DNA of 49,323 nucleotides from Kiloniellaceae bacterium (GTDB taxonomy: Bacteria > Pseudomonadota > Alphaproteobacteria > Kiloniellales > J153): positions 1-49,323 of the forward strand of contig JAJFGI010000423.1 in the NCBI GenBank assembly GCA_021776215.1, in the 5' to 3' direction. Positions 26,446 to 35,367 of this stretch are shown here, piece by piece. The number at the start of each line of letters is the position of its first letter. Within the stretch, counting starts at the first letter, position 1. The notes under the pieces were generated by a model. That model saw only the letters and a program-made list of their open reading frames with translations. It ran no database searches and had not been told where the DNA came from. The translations under genes and the position numbers were made by a program.

Positions 26446-27302
26446 GTAACGGGGGGACGGCACTCACTCCACCGGGGTTGCGATTAGCCTTCGCAACCCC
26501 GGGAGTTGTCGTCCTCCTTCTTTTCTTCGCGTTACCGCTCTCCGTGATCATCATTGAGGCGGCGTCGGAGGGCGGTTCCGCCTTTGGCCGATTATTTGAG
26601 GACCCCGTCTTTTGGAAAGGGTTGCGGGGTACGCTCGTACTTGGAACGACCGCACCGCTTGTATCTGTCGCCGTTGGCATGGTCGTCGCCATGCATATTT
26701 CGCGGCTTAGCCAAGCGGCCCGAACCGGTCTTCTCTTTGTCATTTCGCTGCCGCTGACCTTCTCGGGGCTGATTGTCGCCTATGGTTTTATTCTGGTCTT
26801 TGGACGTGCCGGCTTTGTGACGCTATCGCTTGCCGAGTTTGGGGCCGATCCGGCTATCGTGGGCGGCCTCATCTATTCGCCGGCTGGGCTGGGTATCGCC
26901 TATATCTACTATCTGATCCCACGCGTCGTGCTCGTCGTGCTGCCGGTGTTGATCAATTTCGACGAGGCTCAGATCGACGCCGCGCGGTCTCTGGGTGCCA
27001 GCGCGCCACGCGCTTATTTCGATGTGCTCCTGCCGCAGATCTATCCGAGCCTGCTTGCGGCTTTCTGCCTGACCTCGGCGGTCGCCATTGGAGCCTATGG
27101 CACCGCGCTCGCGCTGGTTGGTACGCAGGTCAACATCCTGCCGCTCATGCTCTACTCAAAGATTTCGGAAACCGGTTCGGACTTTCCTGCGGCAGCCGCG
27201 CTCTCGGTCGTGCTGATGGGCATCTGTTGCATGGTCATTTCACTGGCCGAAATTGCCACGCGCCATACCCGGCCGTCGATGACCACGCGTTCGGCCAAGT
27301 GA
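26442..27302 (+). CDS. ABC transporter permease (PotB-like)
   Basis: 286-aa polytopic protein with EAA-loop DEAQIDAARSLGASAPRAYFDVLLPQ. Confidence 0.9.
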   Translation: MSNGGTALTPPGLRLAFATPGVVVLLLFFALPLSVIIIEAASEGGSAFGRLFEDPVFWKGLRGTLVLGTTAPLVSVAVGMVVAMHISRLSQAARTGLLFVISLPLTFSGLIVAYGFILVFGRAGFVTLSLAEFGADPAIVGGLIYSPAGLGIAYIYYLIPRVVLVVLPVLINFDEAQIDAARSLGASAPRAYFDVLLPQIYPSLLAAFCLTSAVAIGAYGTALALVGTQVNILPLMLYSKISETGSDFPAAAALSVVLMGICCMVISLAEIATRHTRPSMTTRSAK

Positions 27303-27322
27303 CGGCACCATTGCTTAACTCA

Positions 27323-27343
27323 GTCATTGTCATATTAAATTGG
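27323..27343 (+). repeat. Isolated IS6-type terminal repeat
   Basis: GTCATTGTCATATTAAATTGG matches the right IR of the 21707-21839 element (GGGCATTGTCAGATTGAAATT) at about 15 of 17 core positions. It lies 21 nt after the ABC operon stop. Confidence 0.4.
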
Positions 27344-27593
27344 CTTGCGCCTCCCTGGCGGGGCTCCTCGGCCCCTAGCAGTGCCCTGCCCATTATTTGA
27401 ATCTACGGACTTGGCTGGGTTCCGTTTGCTTGATTCAGGTTCGAAATCCGTGTTCTGGGCTACGAATTCCCTGATAAGTCGCGAAAAATCCCTGTTTCGA
27501 TTCTTAGGGAATTCGTGACTAACCTACTGAACTAACGAATGATTTCCGCTTAAAATTCCGCCAAATTGGCCATATTCGCGAAAATTCCCTGTA

Positions 27594-27616
27594 CTTTCCC
27601 TGTTCAACAGGGAAAG
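27594..27616. repeat. Perfect 23-bp palindrome within a cluster of TCCCTG motifs
   Basis: CTTTCCCTGTT-C-AACAGGGAAAG. Nearby copies are GAATTCCCTG, AAAATCCCTG and AAAATTCCCTG, plus inverted AGGGAATTC, all within 27465-27616. Confidence 0.35.
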
Positions 27617-27858
27617 AGGCCAGAGACAGGTTCGCTCGAGACTGCCTGCACCACCACCCACCCCGGCCACTTCAGGTGTCCAATTCCTGTTACCTGAGAA
27701 CCGCCGGGTTTCTGCGGGGTTCGCTCGGTTTGCAGCGATTATCCACGGTGCAGAGACGGCCCCGGCGGCGTTCCCCCGGCCATTTCGCGCGAACGTCTCC
27801 GTCGGCGGAATTCGCGGTCAATTGTTTGAACCGATGATGGTGTTTTCTGAGACGTTGG

Positions 27859-28790
27859 TCAGGCGGGAAAGCCAAGGAGGCGGCGCTGGCGGTGCCACTC
27901 GTGGGGTATTTCGCCGCGCATGAGACACCTGGGCGTGAGCTCGACTGGTTGATGCCCGGCGAGGACTGCCTCGATAATATCGGGCGCCAGGAAAGCCAGA
28001 CGGATGATGCGGCTGATCTCGCTGGCGTCAATTTTCTCACTGCGAGAGATCTCCCGGGCGGAACCGATTTCTCCTTTTGCCAACCGGTCGAGCCAGCGAT
28101 GAGCCCGGACAAGCATGGCGATCGAGTTTTCATCTGGCGCCGCGATTTCGCCTTGTGCCGTAGAGACGACCAGCTTCGCTTCGACACCACGACGCTTGAG
28201 TATTGTGGGGACGGCGAATTCAATGGGATCTTCCGAATATGCCGCTCTGTCGGGGGTCATCCCGAAAACCATGCCACCGAGGCTGGAGCGCTTGAACGCG
28301 ATATGGATCGAGCCATTGTGAACCGTGACGCGGTGAAGGAGACGGTGCAGCAGCCGGCGTTTGGGCTCCGGCGGCTCACGGCCAAGGTCGTCCGCGACCG
28401 CCGCCGCACGACGCAAGATGGTGCGCATGCGGTCCGGCGCGGTGCCGATCAAGTCCAAGGCATTGACGAAGCGAATCTCGTCTCTCAGGAAGTCGCCAAT
28501 CATTTGGGTAACTGCTCGATCCAGTTCCTTCGCTGGCAGGCGCCAACCATCTTCGGTCGAACTAATCCGGAGCACGAGACGCTTCGAGATGTAATAGCGA
28601 TAGCGGCGACCCTTCTTGATGGCGTGGGTCGGGCTAAGCCGGTCACCGGTCCCATCGTAAACCAGCCCGGTTAGCAGACTCGGTGCATTCGCGTTGGTCG
28701 CGGAACGCCGTTCTGCCGTTTTGCTGTCCAATAGCCGTTGGACGGCGTCGAAAGTCTCTCGCTCGATGATGGCGCTCGTCTCCATTTTCC
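27859..28790 (-). pseudogene. Large serine recombinase, C-terminal half only (read through in frame from HigA)
   Basis: ...IIERETFDAVQRLLDSKTAERRS...SLLTGLVYDGTGDRLSPTHAIKKGRRYRYYIS...LAPDIIEAVLAGHQPVELT...WHRQRRLLGF. The resolvase catalytic domain is absent. This is part of the single ORF 27859-29061. Confidence 0.75.
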
Positions 28791-29061
28791 GGCTCAATAT
28801 CCTGTGGCTCGTTATCATTTGCCGCCTGTTCGAGAAACTCCCGCGCTGCATGCCGAGCCAGGTTTCCGGAGTCGAGCCGAACGCCTTCGACAGCCGGTAG
28901 GCCATTTCGATGGAAACGGACACTTTTTCGTTCACGAGGTTGGAGAGCGTTTGGCGCCCGACGCCAAGCCTCTTTGCCCCTTCGGTGACCGACAGGTCCA
29001 AGGGGCTCAGGCAATCCTCGCGCACAATGGCACCCGGATGCACAGGGTCTTTCATCGCCAT
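28791..29061 (-). CDS. higA: HigA-type antitoxin (XRE HTH), its 3-prime end fused to the recombinase remnant
   Basis: MAMKDPVHPGAIVREDCLSPLDLSVTEGAKRLGVGRQTLSNLVNEKVSVSIEMAYRLSKAFGSTPETWLGMQ. An AGGAGG site lies 7 nt upstream. Confidence 0.75.
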
Positions 29062-29072
29062 GTTAGGACCTC

Positions 29073-29149
29073 CTAACGATAATCCATATAATCTACATCT
29101 ACGGCGTGCCCGCCCTCGAACCGAAATGTCACCCGCCAGTTGCCCGAGA
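29073..29149 (-). pseudogene. higB: HigB (RelE/ParE superfamily) toxin, last ~24 codons only
   Basis: (VS)GNWRVTFRFEGGHAVDVDYMDYR* sits directly upstream of higA. The N-terminal ~70 aa are missing. Confidence 0.5.
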
Positions 29150-29371
29150 CCGATCCCGCATCGACACTACCAGCGCTGTACCGTCGGGCAAAAATCCGAG
29201 GCCGGACGGCTGTCCTGGCACGTCAAAGACAAACACCATCTTCCCGTCGGGGAAGACACGATAGTCTTTGCAACCAACCAAATCGGACAACCACAGCCAG
29301 CCATCGCGCCAAGGCGGCCCTTAGAGAAAATGGAATCCCGATGCGATAATCCTGGTTTTAAGCTCCTTCAT
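29150..29371 (-). pseudogene. SMP-30/gluconolactonase/LRE-like N-terminal fragment with in-frame stop
   Basis: MKELKTRIIASGFHFL*GPPWRDGWLWLSDL...DVPGQPSGLGFLPDGTALVVSMRDR. A TAA occupies the position of the conserved E in FxEGPxW. The fragment is truncated at the HigB remnant. Confidence 0.55.
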
Positions 29372-29423
29372 TTTCTATCGCTTTCCATAATTTCCGCTGG
29401 ACATCAGTTGCACCACGGATCGT

Positions 29424-29807
29424 TCATTTTCGTTCCGAGCCCGGCGCTTGGGTTGCCCAAATCACACTCAGAAAGACGGCTTTGGCACGCGGTAGAACCA
29501 CGAGGGCCAAAGCGAGAGCCAACGCTGGCCAGACCGTCATCGACACCCAATTCGGCCAGGACGTATACTTCACGGCGGCGAAAACAATCGGAACGGCAAT
29601 GTGACCGACCACGAGGATTGTGAGCCACGGCGCTGCGTCATCCGAACGGATATGCCCGTACTGCTCGCCACAAACAGCGCAGCGATCGACTTGCTTCAAA
29701 TACGACGCGAACAACTTCCCCTGGCCACAGTTGGGACATCGACCAAAAAGTGCACGCCATACAACGGCACCGAGTCCACGTCGAGCATGCTGCCCCTCAT
29801 CTTGCAT
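29424..29807 (-). CDS. DUF983 family membrane protein
   Basis: RCPNCGQGKLFASYLKQVDRCAVCGE...DAAPWLTILVVGHI is the typical DUF983 zinc-ribbon plus TM pattern. The ATG at 29807 overlaps the upstream ORF stop (TGATG). The longest ORF extends to 29888. Confidence 0.8.
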   Translation of the reverse strand: MQDEGQHARRGLGAVVWRALFGRCPNCGQGKLFASYLKQVDRCAVCGEQYGHIRSDDAAPWLTILVVGHIAVPIVFAAVKYTSWPNWVSMTVWPALALALALVVLPRAKAVFLSVIWATQAPGSERK

Positions 29808-30206
29808 CAAGGGAGTAGGCCTTCTGTAAGCGGCAGTACATTTGTCGCTTTGAAGTTTTTGATCGCGACTCCGATCGCGGCAAGCCAAAGCTGAACCAGC
29901 AAAGTTTTCGTCGCATGATCCGGCTCTGAAGGACGCATTAAGCGAGACGCGCCGCGGATGCGCGCCGTCGTGAAATCAACAAACCGGTTACTGGTCAGTG
30001 CCACCCCGAGTGCTGTCAGGAGATAAATCCATGTAAAAAAGCGGCGAAATCGAAGCTGATTGAGAATCGAAAGCCGGGCCGATGTCCGAAGACGCCGGGG
30101 CAATCAACCCGTGTCGCGCGGATAGAGAGACAACGAGAGTTGCCAACCCAACGGCTATGAATTGGCTAAATGCTGCAACAAGCCCGGCCTGGAAGAGCCG
30201 CAACAT
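29807..30206 (-). CDS. Possible small multi-TM protein split over two overlapping frames (72-aa and 98-aa ORFs)
   Basis: The 72-aa ORF starts 12 nt after the NuoB-like gene stop and begins with a TM helix. The 98-aa ORF ends in a TGATG overlap with DUF983. The two frames overlap at 29988-30103. No homolog is recognised. Confidence 0.3.
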
Positions 30207-30217
30207 AGTTCGCCTCC

Positions 30218-30751
30218 TTACGACGCCCCCATTTTGGTCGTCAGATGTTGTAGGAGTGCCAGTAAGCCTTTCAGAATGTCAGTGGGTGACGGCGGGCAGC
30301 CGGGTATATGGAGATCGACCGGCACCACCTCCGACACGCCGCCCACGACCGCATAGCTGCCCGCGAAGCAACCACCGTCTAGTGCACAACCACCGACAGC
30401 GACGACCCATTTAGGGTTAGGGATTGCGTCGTAGGTCCGCGCCAGTGCCTCGCGCATGTTCTTGGTGACGGGGCCTGTTACGAGCAACACATCAGCGTGG
30501 CGTGGCGATGCAACGAATCGAATGCCGAATCGCTCAATGTCGTAAAAAGAATTGTTTAGGGCATGAATTTCAAGCTCGCAGCCATTGCAGGATCCGGCAT
30601 CGACATGACGGATCGCGAGGCTGCGGCCAAGCCGGCCTCGGGCGGCGGTGTCCACCTGCCCGGCGAGTTCGGCCAGTGCCGATTCATCAGCCGGTGGCGC
30701 TGGCTCGGTGACAGGCGGCTGGATTAGGCATTCGAGAAGAATCTTCCGCAT
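30218..30751 (-). CDS. NuoB/HycG/HyfI-like small subunit with [4Fe-4S] cysteines retained
   Basis: GSCNGCELE, VGGCALDGGC and IPGCPPSP motifs are present, behind a ~45-aa N-terminal extension. A GGAG site precedes the ATG. Confidence 0.9.
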   Translation of the reverse strand: MRKILLECLIQPPVTEPAPPADESALAELAGQVDTAARGRLGRSLAIRHVDAGSCNGCELEIHALNNSFYDIERFGIRFVASPRHADVLLVTGPVTKNMREALARTYDAIPNPKWVVAVGGCALDGGCFAGSYAVVGGVSEVVPVDLHIPGCPPSPTDILKGLLALLQHLTTKMGAS

Positions 30752-30763
30752 ATCCGTACGCTC

Positions 30764-32284
30764 CTAAAGATCGTGCCCGGAATAGGAGCAGTTGAAGGAT
30801 TTGTTGCACAGGGGGAAGTCAGCCACGATATTATCCTCGATCGCAGCTTCGATTAGCGGCCATTGGAGCCACGAAGGATCGCGCAGATGGCAGCGCGCAA
30901 CCTTGTTGTCCTCGCCGATCCGCACCCAAGCCAGAATATCACCGCGAAACCCCTCGACGAGTGCCATGCCTTCCCGGGCGGTGCCAAGCCCTTTGGTATT
31001 AAGGGCTGTATAAACGGCGCCGCCCGGTAGTCGGTCGAGAATCTGTTCGACCATGGACAGGCTTTGTTCGATCTCGTGGATGCGAATCCAAACGCGGGCA
31101 TCGACATCGCCTTCCTCGCGGACGGGAACTTCGAACGTCAATTCCCCATAAGGGGCGTAACCTAGCGCGCGCCGCGCATCGAAGAGTCGCCCGGAGGCGC
31201 GTCCCACATAACCGCCGGCTGCGAATTTCCGCGCAAGGGCCGGCGTGACAATTCCCGTGCCGACCGTTCGATCCTGGAGCGAGGTGGTGTTGTCGTACAG
31301 TGTGACCAGCGCGGGGAAGCGGTGGCGTATTTTCTCGACAAGAACGCGGAGTTGATCCGCGCCATCCATGGCAATATCTGTTGCCAGTCCGCCGGGGATC
31401 ACACGGTCCATCATCAGCCGGTGCCCGAAAGCGCTGTCGGCGGTGCGCAGTACAAGCTCGCGCAGAATCCCGCAGTGCGCATGCATCAGCGCGAAGGCGG
31501 CGTCGTTGCAAATTCCACCGATGTCACCGAAATGGTTGGCAAGTCGCTCGACCTCGGCCATTAGTGCACGTAGCCAGATGGCGCGTTGCGGCACCTCGAC
31601 GCCGAACGCAGCTTCGACAGCCCGGGCGAAGGCGAGGGCATAAGCGACCGTACTGTCGCCGGACGTTCGTCCGGCGAGCTTGGTGGCGCGGTCCAGGCTG
31701 GCCCCGGTCATCAACCCCTCGATCCCCTTGTGGGTGTAGCCGAGACGTTCCTCAAGACGAACGACGGTTTCGCCGGTCGCCGTGAATCGAAAATGCCCCG
31801 GCTCGATGGTGCCGGCGTGGACCGGGCCGACCGGGATCTGGTGCAAGCTTTCACCTTCGGCAGTCAAAAAGTCATAGGAAAAATTCTCCGCCGGGACGGT
31901 GGGTTTCGACCCCAAAGGGTAACGTAGGCCCCAGTGTCCATGGTCGAGCCATGGCCGCGTATCGGTGGCGCCTTCCGGCTCCAGCCCGAATAGGTCGCGA
32001 ATTGCGCGCTCGAGACGGATCGCCGGCGGGTGCCGCTGACCGACCGAGGGGAATTTGTTGTCGGGACATTCCAGACTGACAACACCGATGTCACCCACGC
32101 CTTCGTCGAGCAACGCCATATGCACTGCGGCGGTCTCGCCCCACAAGGCAAGCAGCGACCAATGCCCCTCGGCAAGCTGATCCACGGCGAAACGCCAAAC
32201 TTCGGCGTCCACCACGGCGCGTGGCCAGGGACGATGCGCGTCCACCCGTCGGCCTTCCAAGATTACGTCGATAAGCGCTGGCAT
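30764..32284 (-). CDS. NuoC-NuoD fusion / HycE-HyfG-like 'large subunit' lacking the [NiFe] cysteine motifs
   Basis: IPVGPVHAGTIEPGHFRF...LEERLGYTHKGIE...GRTSGDSTVAYALAF. RTSGDS sits where RxCGxC is expected. The C-terminus SFNCSYSGHDL sits where DPCxxCxxR/H is expected. Confidence 0.9.
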   Translation of the reverse strand: MPALIDVILEGRRVDAHRPWPRAVVDAEVWRFAVDQLAEGHWSLLALWGETAAVHMALLDEGVGDIGVVSLECPDNKFPSVGQRHPPAIRLERAIRDLFGLEPEGATDTRPWLDHGHWGLRYPLGSKPTVPAENFSYDFLTAEGESLHQIPVGPVHAGTIEPGHFRFTATGETVVRLEERLGYTHKGIEGLMTGASLDRATKLAGRTSGDSTVAYALAFARAVEAAFGVEVPQRAIWLRALMAEVERLANHFGDIGGICNDAAFALMHAHCGILRELVLRTADSAFGHRLMMDRVIPGGLATDIAMDGADQLRVLVEKIRHRFPALVTLYDNTTSLQDRTVGTGIVTPALARKFAAGGYVGRASGRLFDARRALGYAPYGELTFEVPVREEGDVDARVWIRIHEIEQSLSMVEQILDRLPGGAVYTALNTKGLGTAREGMALVEGFRGDILAWVRIGEDNKVARCHLRDPSWLQWPLIEAAIEDNIVADFPLCNKSFNCSYSGHDL

Positions 32285-32303
32285 GTTCTGGACTTCCCTG
32301 CTT

Positions 32304-33752
32304 TTAACCGAGGAGGCGCGCGACGTGCTGGAACCAGGTCACCAAGGGGCCAGGCAGGTAAAGGCCGGCTGTGAGCACCAGCGCCAAGTGGGCGAACATC
32401 GGCACGTAGGAGGCTTCCACCGGTGCGATACTGCCTTGTGGTTCGCCGAACGCGAGCCCATTGAGCCGAAGCAGCAGTGCGCCGAACGCCACCAGCAAAC
32501 CAAAAACCAGTAGAACCGCCAGCAGCGGTTCGCGGGCGAACGTTGAACTCACCACGAGGAACTCGCTCATGAAAATGCCGAGCGGCGGCAGGCCGGCAAT
32601 CGCGATCACACCGACAACGAGTCCCCAGCCGAGTATCGGATGGGTCTCGGTGAGGCCCCGAATATCGGCGATCTTCTGTGTGCCTTTGACCTGTGCGATG
32701 TGACCGACCGCGAAGAAGATTGCCGACTTGGTCAGACTATGCATCGTCATGTGCAAAAGCCCGGCGAAGTTGGCGAGCGGTCCGCCCATGCCGAAGGCGA
32801 ATGTAATAATGCCCATATGCTCGATGGAGGAATAGGCGAACAAGCGCTTGATGTCGCGTCGGCGGTAGAGCATGAAAGCGGCAAAAATGAGCGAGGTGAG
32901 CCCCATGGTTACCATGAGCGGCCCCGGCGCGATGGCTTGCGCGTTCGCGGCCATGAGCAGCTTGAAGCGCAGCACGGCATAGAGCGCGACATTAAGCAAC
33001 AAGCCCGACAGCACCGCCGAGATCGGCGTTGGGCCCTCCGCGTGGGCGTCTGGAAGCCAGGCGTGCACGGGGGCCAAACCGACTTTCGTGCCATAACCCA
33101 GCAGCAGAAATACGAAGGCGACGTTGAGCAACGCGGGATCGAATTCCGCCACGCGCTCGATGAGGATTGTCCAGGTCATGGCGTCGAGGCCCTCACCGAC
33201 AACCGGCTGGGCCGCGACATAGAACAGGATTGTCCCGAACAGCGCGAGCGCGATCCCCACGCTGCCTAGGATGAAGTATTTCCAGGCCGCCTCAAGCGCC
33301 TCGTGGGTTCGGTAAATGCCAACCATCAACACGGTTGTGAGCGTGGCAAGCTCGATGGCGACCCACATTAGACCGATGTTGTTTGCTACGAGGGCAAGAT
33401 TCATGGCGAACATCATCGCCTGGTACATGGCGTGGTAGAAGCGCAGATGGGTTGGTGTCAGCCGGCCGGTTTCAAGCTCATGGGCGATATAGCTGGCACT
33501 GAAAACGCTTGTCGTGAAGCCGACAAAGGTATTGAGCACGATGAACACGATGTTGAGGTCATCGACGAGCAGAAGCGGCCCGGTCTCTGGGCGTACGACA
33601 AACAGAGTTACGGCAGCCAGTAGCGTAAGGAAGCTTGCCAGAACGTTCAGCAATGCCGTGCCGCGGTAGCCTGGCAGTACAGCCAGCACGGCCGCGGCAA
33701 TAAGCGGAATTGCCAGTACAGCGCTTAGGCCATCGAACGGCAGCACCGTCAT
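32304..33752 (-). CDS. HyfF / NuoN-M-like antiporter-type membrane subunit
   Basis: 482-aa polytopic protein with Mrp/NuoM-type motifs (GTKVGLAPVHAWLPDAHAEGPTPISAVLSG...RLFAYSSIEHMG). Confidence 0.9.
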   Translation of the reverse strand: MTVLPFDGLSAVLAIPLIAAAVLAVLPGYRGTALLNVLASFLTLLAAVTLFVVRPETGPLLLVDDLNIVFIVLNTFVGFTTSVFSASYIAHELETGRLTPTHLRFYHAMYQAMMFAMNLALVANNIGLMWVAIELATLTTVLMVGIYRTHEALEAAWKYFILGSVGIALALFGTILFYVAAQPVVGEGLDAMTWTILIERVAEFDPALLNVAFVFLLLGYGTKVGLAPVHAWLPDAHAEGPTPISAVLSGLLLNVALYAVLRFKLLMAANAQAIAPGPLMVTMGLTSLIFAAFMLYRRRDIKRLFAYSSIEHMGIITFAFGMGGPLANFAGLLHMTMHSLTKSAIFFAVGHIAQVKGTQKIADIRGLTETHPILGWGLVVGVIAIAGLPPLGIFMSEFLVVSSTFAREPLLAVLLVFGLLVAFGALLLRLNGLAFGEPQGSIAPVEASYVPMFAHLALVLTAGLYLPGPLVTWFQHVARLLG

Positions 33753-34411
33753 TGCCGATCTCCGCGAAAACTGTCGAGCGCGTGTAGGTCGACGGTATCG
33801 AAACGCTCGCGAATGCGGAACAGGAAGATGCCGATGACCATGAATGCGACGAGTACGGAAAAAGCGACGCTAATTTCTACGACAAGCGGCATCCCCTTGG
33901 CGCCGGCGGCGGCGAGGATCAAACCGTTCTCGATCGACATCAGACCGACCACCTGGCCGACTGCATTGCGTCGGCTGACCATCATCAAGAGGCCCAAGAG
34001 GATGACGGAAAGCGCAAACGCGATATCTTGTCGCGCCAGCGCGTCTGCTTCGGCTGTGACTTGGAGCATCAGAGCCATGGAGAGGGCGACCAAACCAATG
34101 CCGGCGAGCATGGTTGGGCCGATGCCGACGACGGTCTCGACCGTCCGATGGATGTTGAGACGCTGTACGATGCGGCGGAGCGCCAAGGGAATGATGATAG
34201 CCTTAACGATGAGGGCAATCGCCGCGGTGATATAGAGATGTGGCGCGCCCTGGACCAGCGCCTCCCAGGCGACGGAGAGCGAGAGCACGAGGGCGTGCAG
34301 GGCGAACACGTTAAGCAGGCCATACATGCGGTCCTGGTAAAGCAGCATGAAACTGACCAACACCATGCCCCCGGCCAGCATATGTGCGACATCAAAGGCG
34401 AGATGCTCCAT
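33749..34411 (-). CDS. HyfE-like membrane subunit
   Basis: 220-aa, ~7-TM protein. It has a 4-nt overlap with the downstream gene and a 1-nt overlap with the upstream gene. Confidence 0.85.
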   Translation of the reverse strand: MEHLAFDVAHMLAGGMVLVSFMLLYQDRMYGLLNVFALHALVLSLSVAWEALVQGAPHLYITAAIALIVKAIIIPLALRRIVQRLNIHRTVETVVGIGPTMLAGIGLVALSMALMLQVTAEADALARQDIAFALSVILLGLLMMVSRRNAVGQVVGLMSIENGLILAAAGAKGMPLVVEISVAFSVLVAFMVIGIFLFRIRERFDTVDLHALDSFRGDRQ

Positions 34412-35367
34412 TACAGGCTCCGTGTTACGAACATGAGCAGGGTGGCGAGCAGAGCCAGCATGAGGGCCGCGCCCAGAAATTCGGGGACGCGGAAGACCCG
34501 CATCTTGGCTATTGCCGTTTCAAAAAGCGCGAGCAGGAAACCACCAGCCGCAAGTTTACCGGCATAGATGGCGATACCAAACGCATAGGCCGCCGGCCCC
34601 TGACCCGCTTGCGCCAAGCCCCACGGGGCGAACACACTCGCGATAAGCGATATATAGAGCAACAGCTTCAACGAGGACGCCGCCTCGATGACAGCGAGGT
34701 GACGGCCGGAATACTCCAGAACCATGGCCTCATGGACCATGGTGAGTTCGAGGTGGGTCGCCGGGTTGTCCACCGGAATACGAGCGTTCTCCGCGAGTGC
34801 CACCATGACGAGGGCAATGAGGGCAAGGCCGAGCGAAACCCGCAGACCCACTTCCGAAGACATCATAAAACTTGCAACTGAAGAGAGCTGCGTAGAGCCC
34901 GCGATCAGGGCTATGGTGAAAACAACCATGATCATGGCAGGTTCGGCGAGTGAGGCGATCATCACTTCCCGGCTGGAGCCGATGCCGCCAAAACTGGTGC
35001 CCACGTCAAGCCCGGCCAGCGCAAGGAAGAACCGCGCGCTGCCGAGCAGCGCGACAATGGCGATCAGATCGGCCGACCAGCTAAAAAGCAAACCGGTCGC
35101 AAAGGTCGGCACCAGCGCCGCCGCCACCCAGGTCGCGGCAAAGATCAAATACGGCGCCGCACGGAAGAGCCAGGAGGCGTTTTCGGCCAAAACCACCTCC
35201 TTGCGCAGGAGGCGCAGCAAATCCCGATAGGGCTGGGTGACGGGCGCGCCGCGTCGCCGGAGCATCCGGGCCTTGACCTTGCGGATGAAGCCCGTGAGTA
35301 GGGGTGCTAGCATTAGAACCAGCAACATCTGTCCGGCCTGGACGGTAAGATCAAGGATTACCGCCAT
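34411..35367 (-). CDS. HyfC/HycD/NuoH-like membrane subunit
   Basis: 318-aa polytopic protein with NuoH-family motifs (PYRDLLRLLRKE..., ENARIPVDNPATHLELTMVHEAMVLEYSG). Confidence 0.9.
   Translation of the reverse strand: MAVILDLTVQAGQMLLVLMLAPLLTGFIRKVKARMLRRRGAPVTQPYRDLLRLLRKEVVLAENASWLFRAAPYLIFAATWVAAALVPTFATGLLFSWSADLIAIVALLGSARFFLALAGLDVGTSFGGIGSSREVMIASLAEPAMIMVVFTIALIAGSTQLSSVASFMMSSEVGLRVSLGLALIALVMVALAENARIPVDNPATHLELTMVHEAMVLEYSGRHLAVIEAASSLKLLLYISLIASVFAPWGLAQAGQGPAAYAFGIAIYAGKLAAGGFLLALFETAIAKMRVFRVPEFLGAALMLALLATLLMFVTRSL

Noticed and set aside
27438-27449. GGTTCGAAATCC, T-loop-like sequence suggesting a tRNA or att fragment
   Set aside because: The flanking bases do not pair into a T-stem, and no acceptor or anticodon arm can be drawn.
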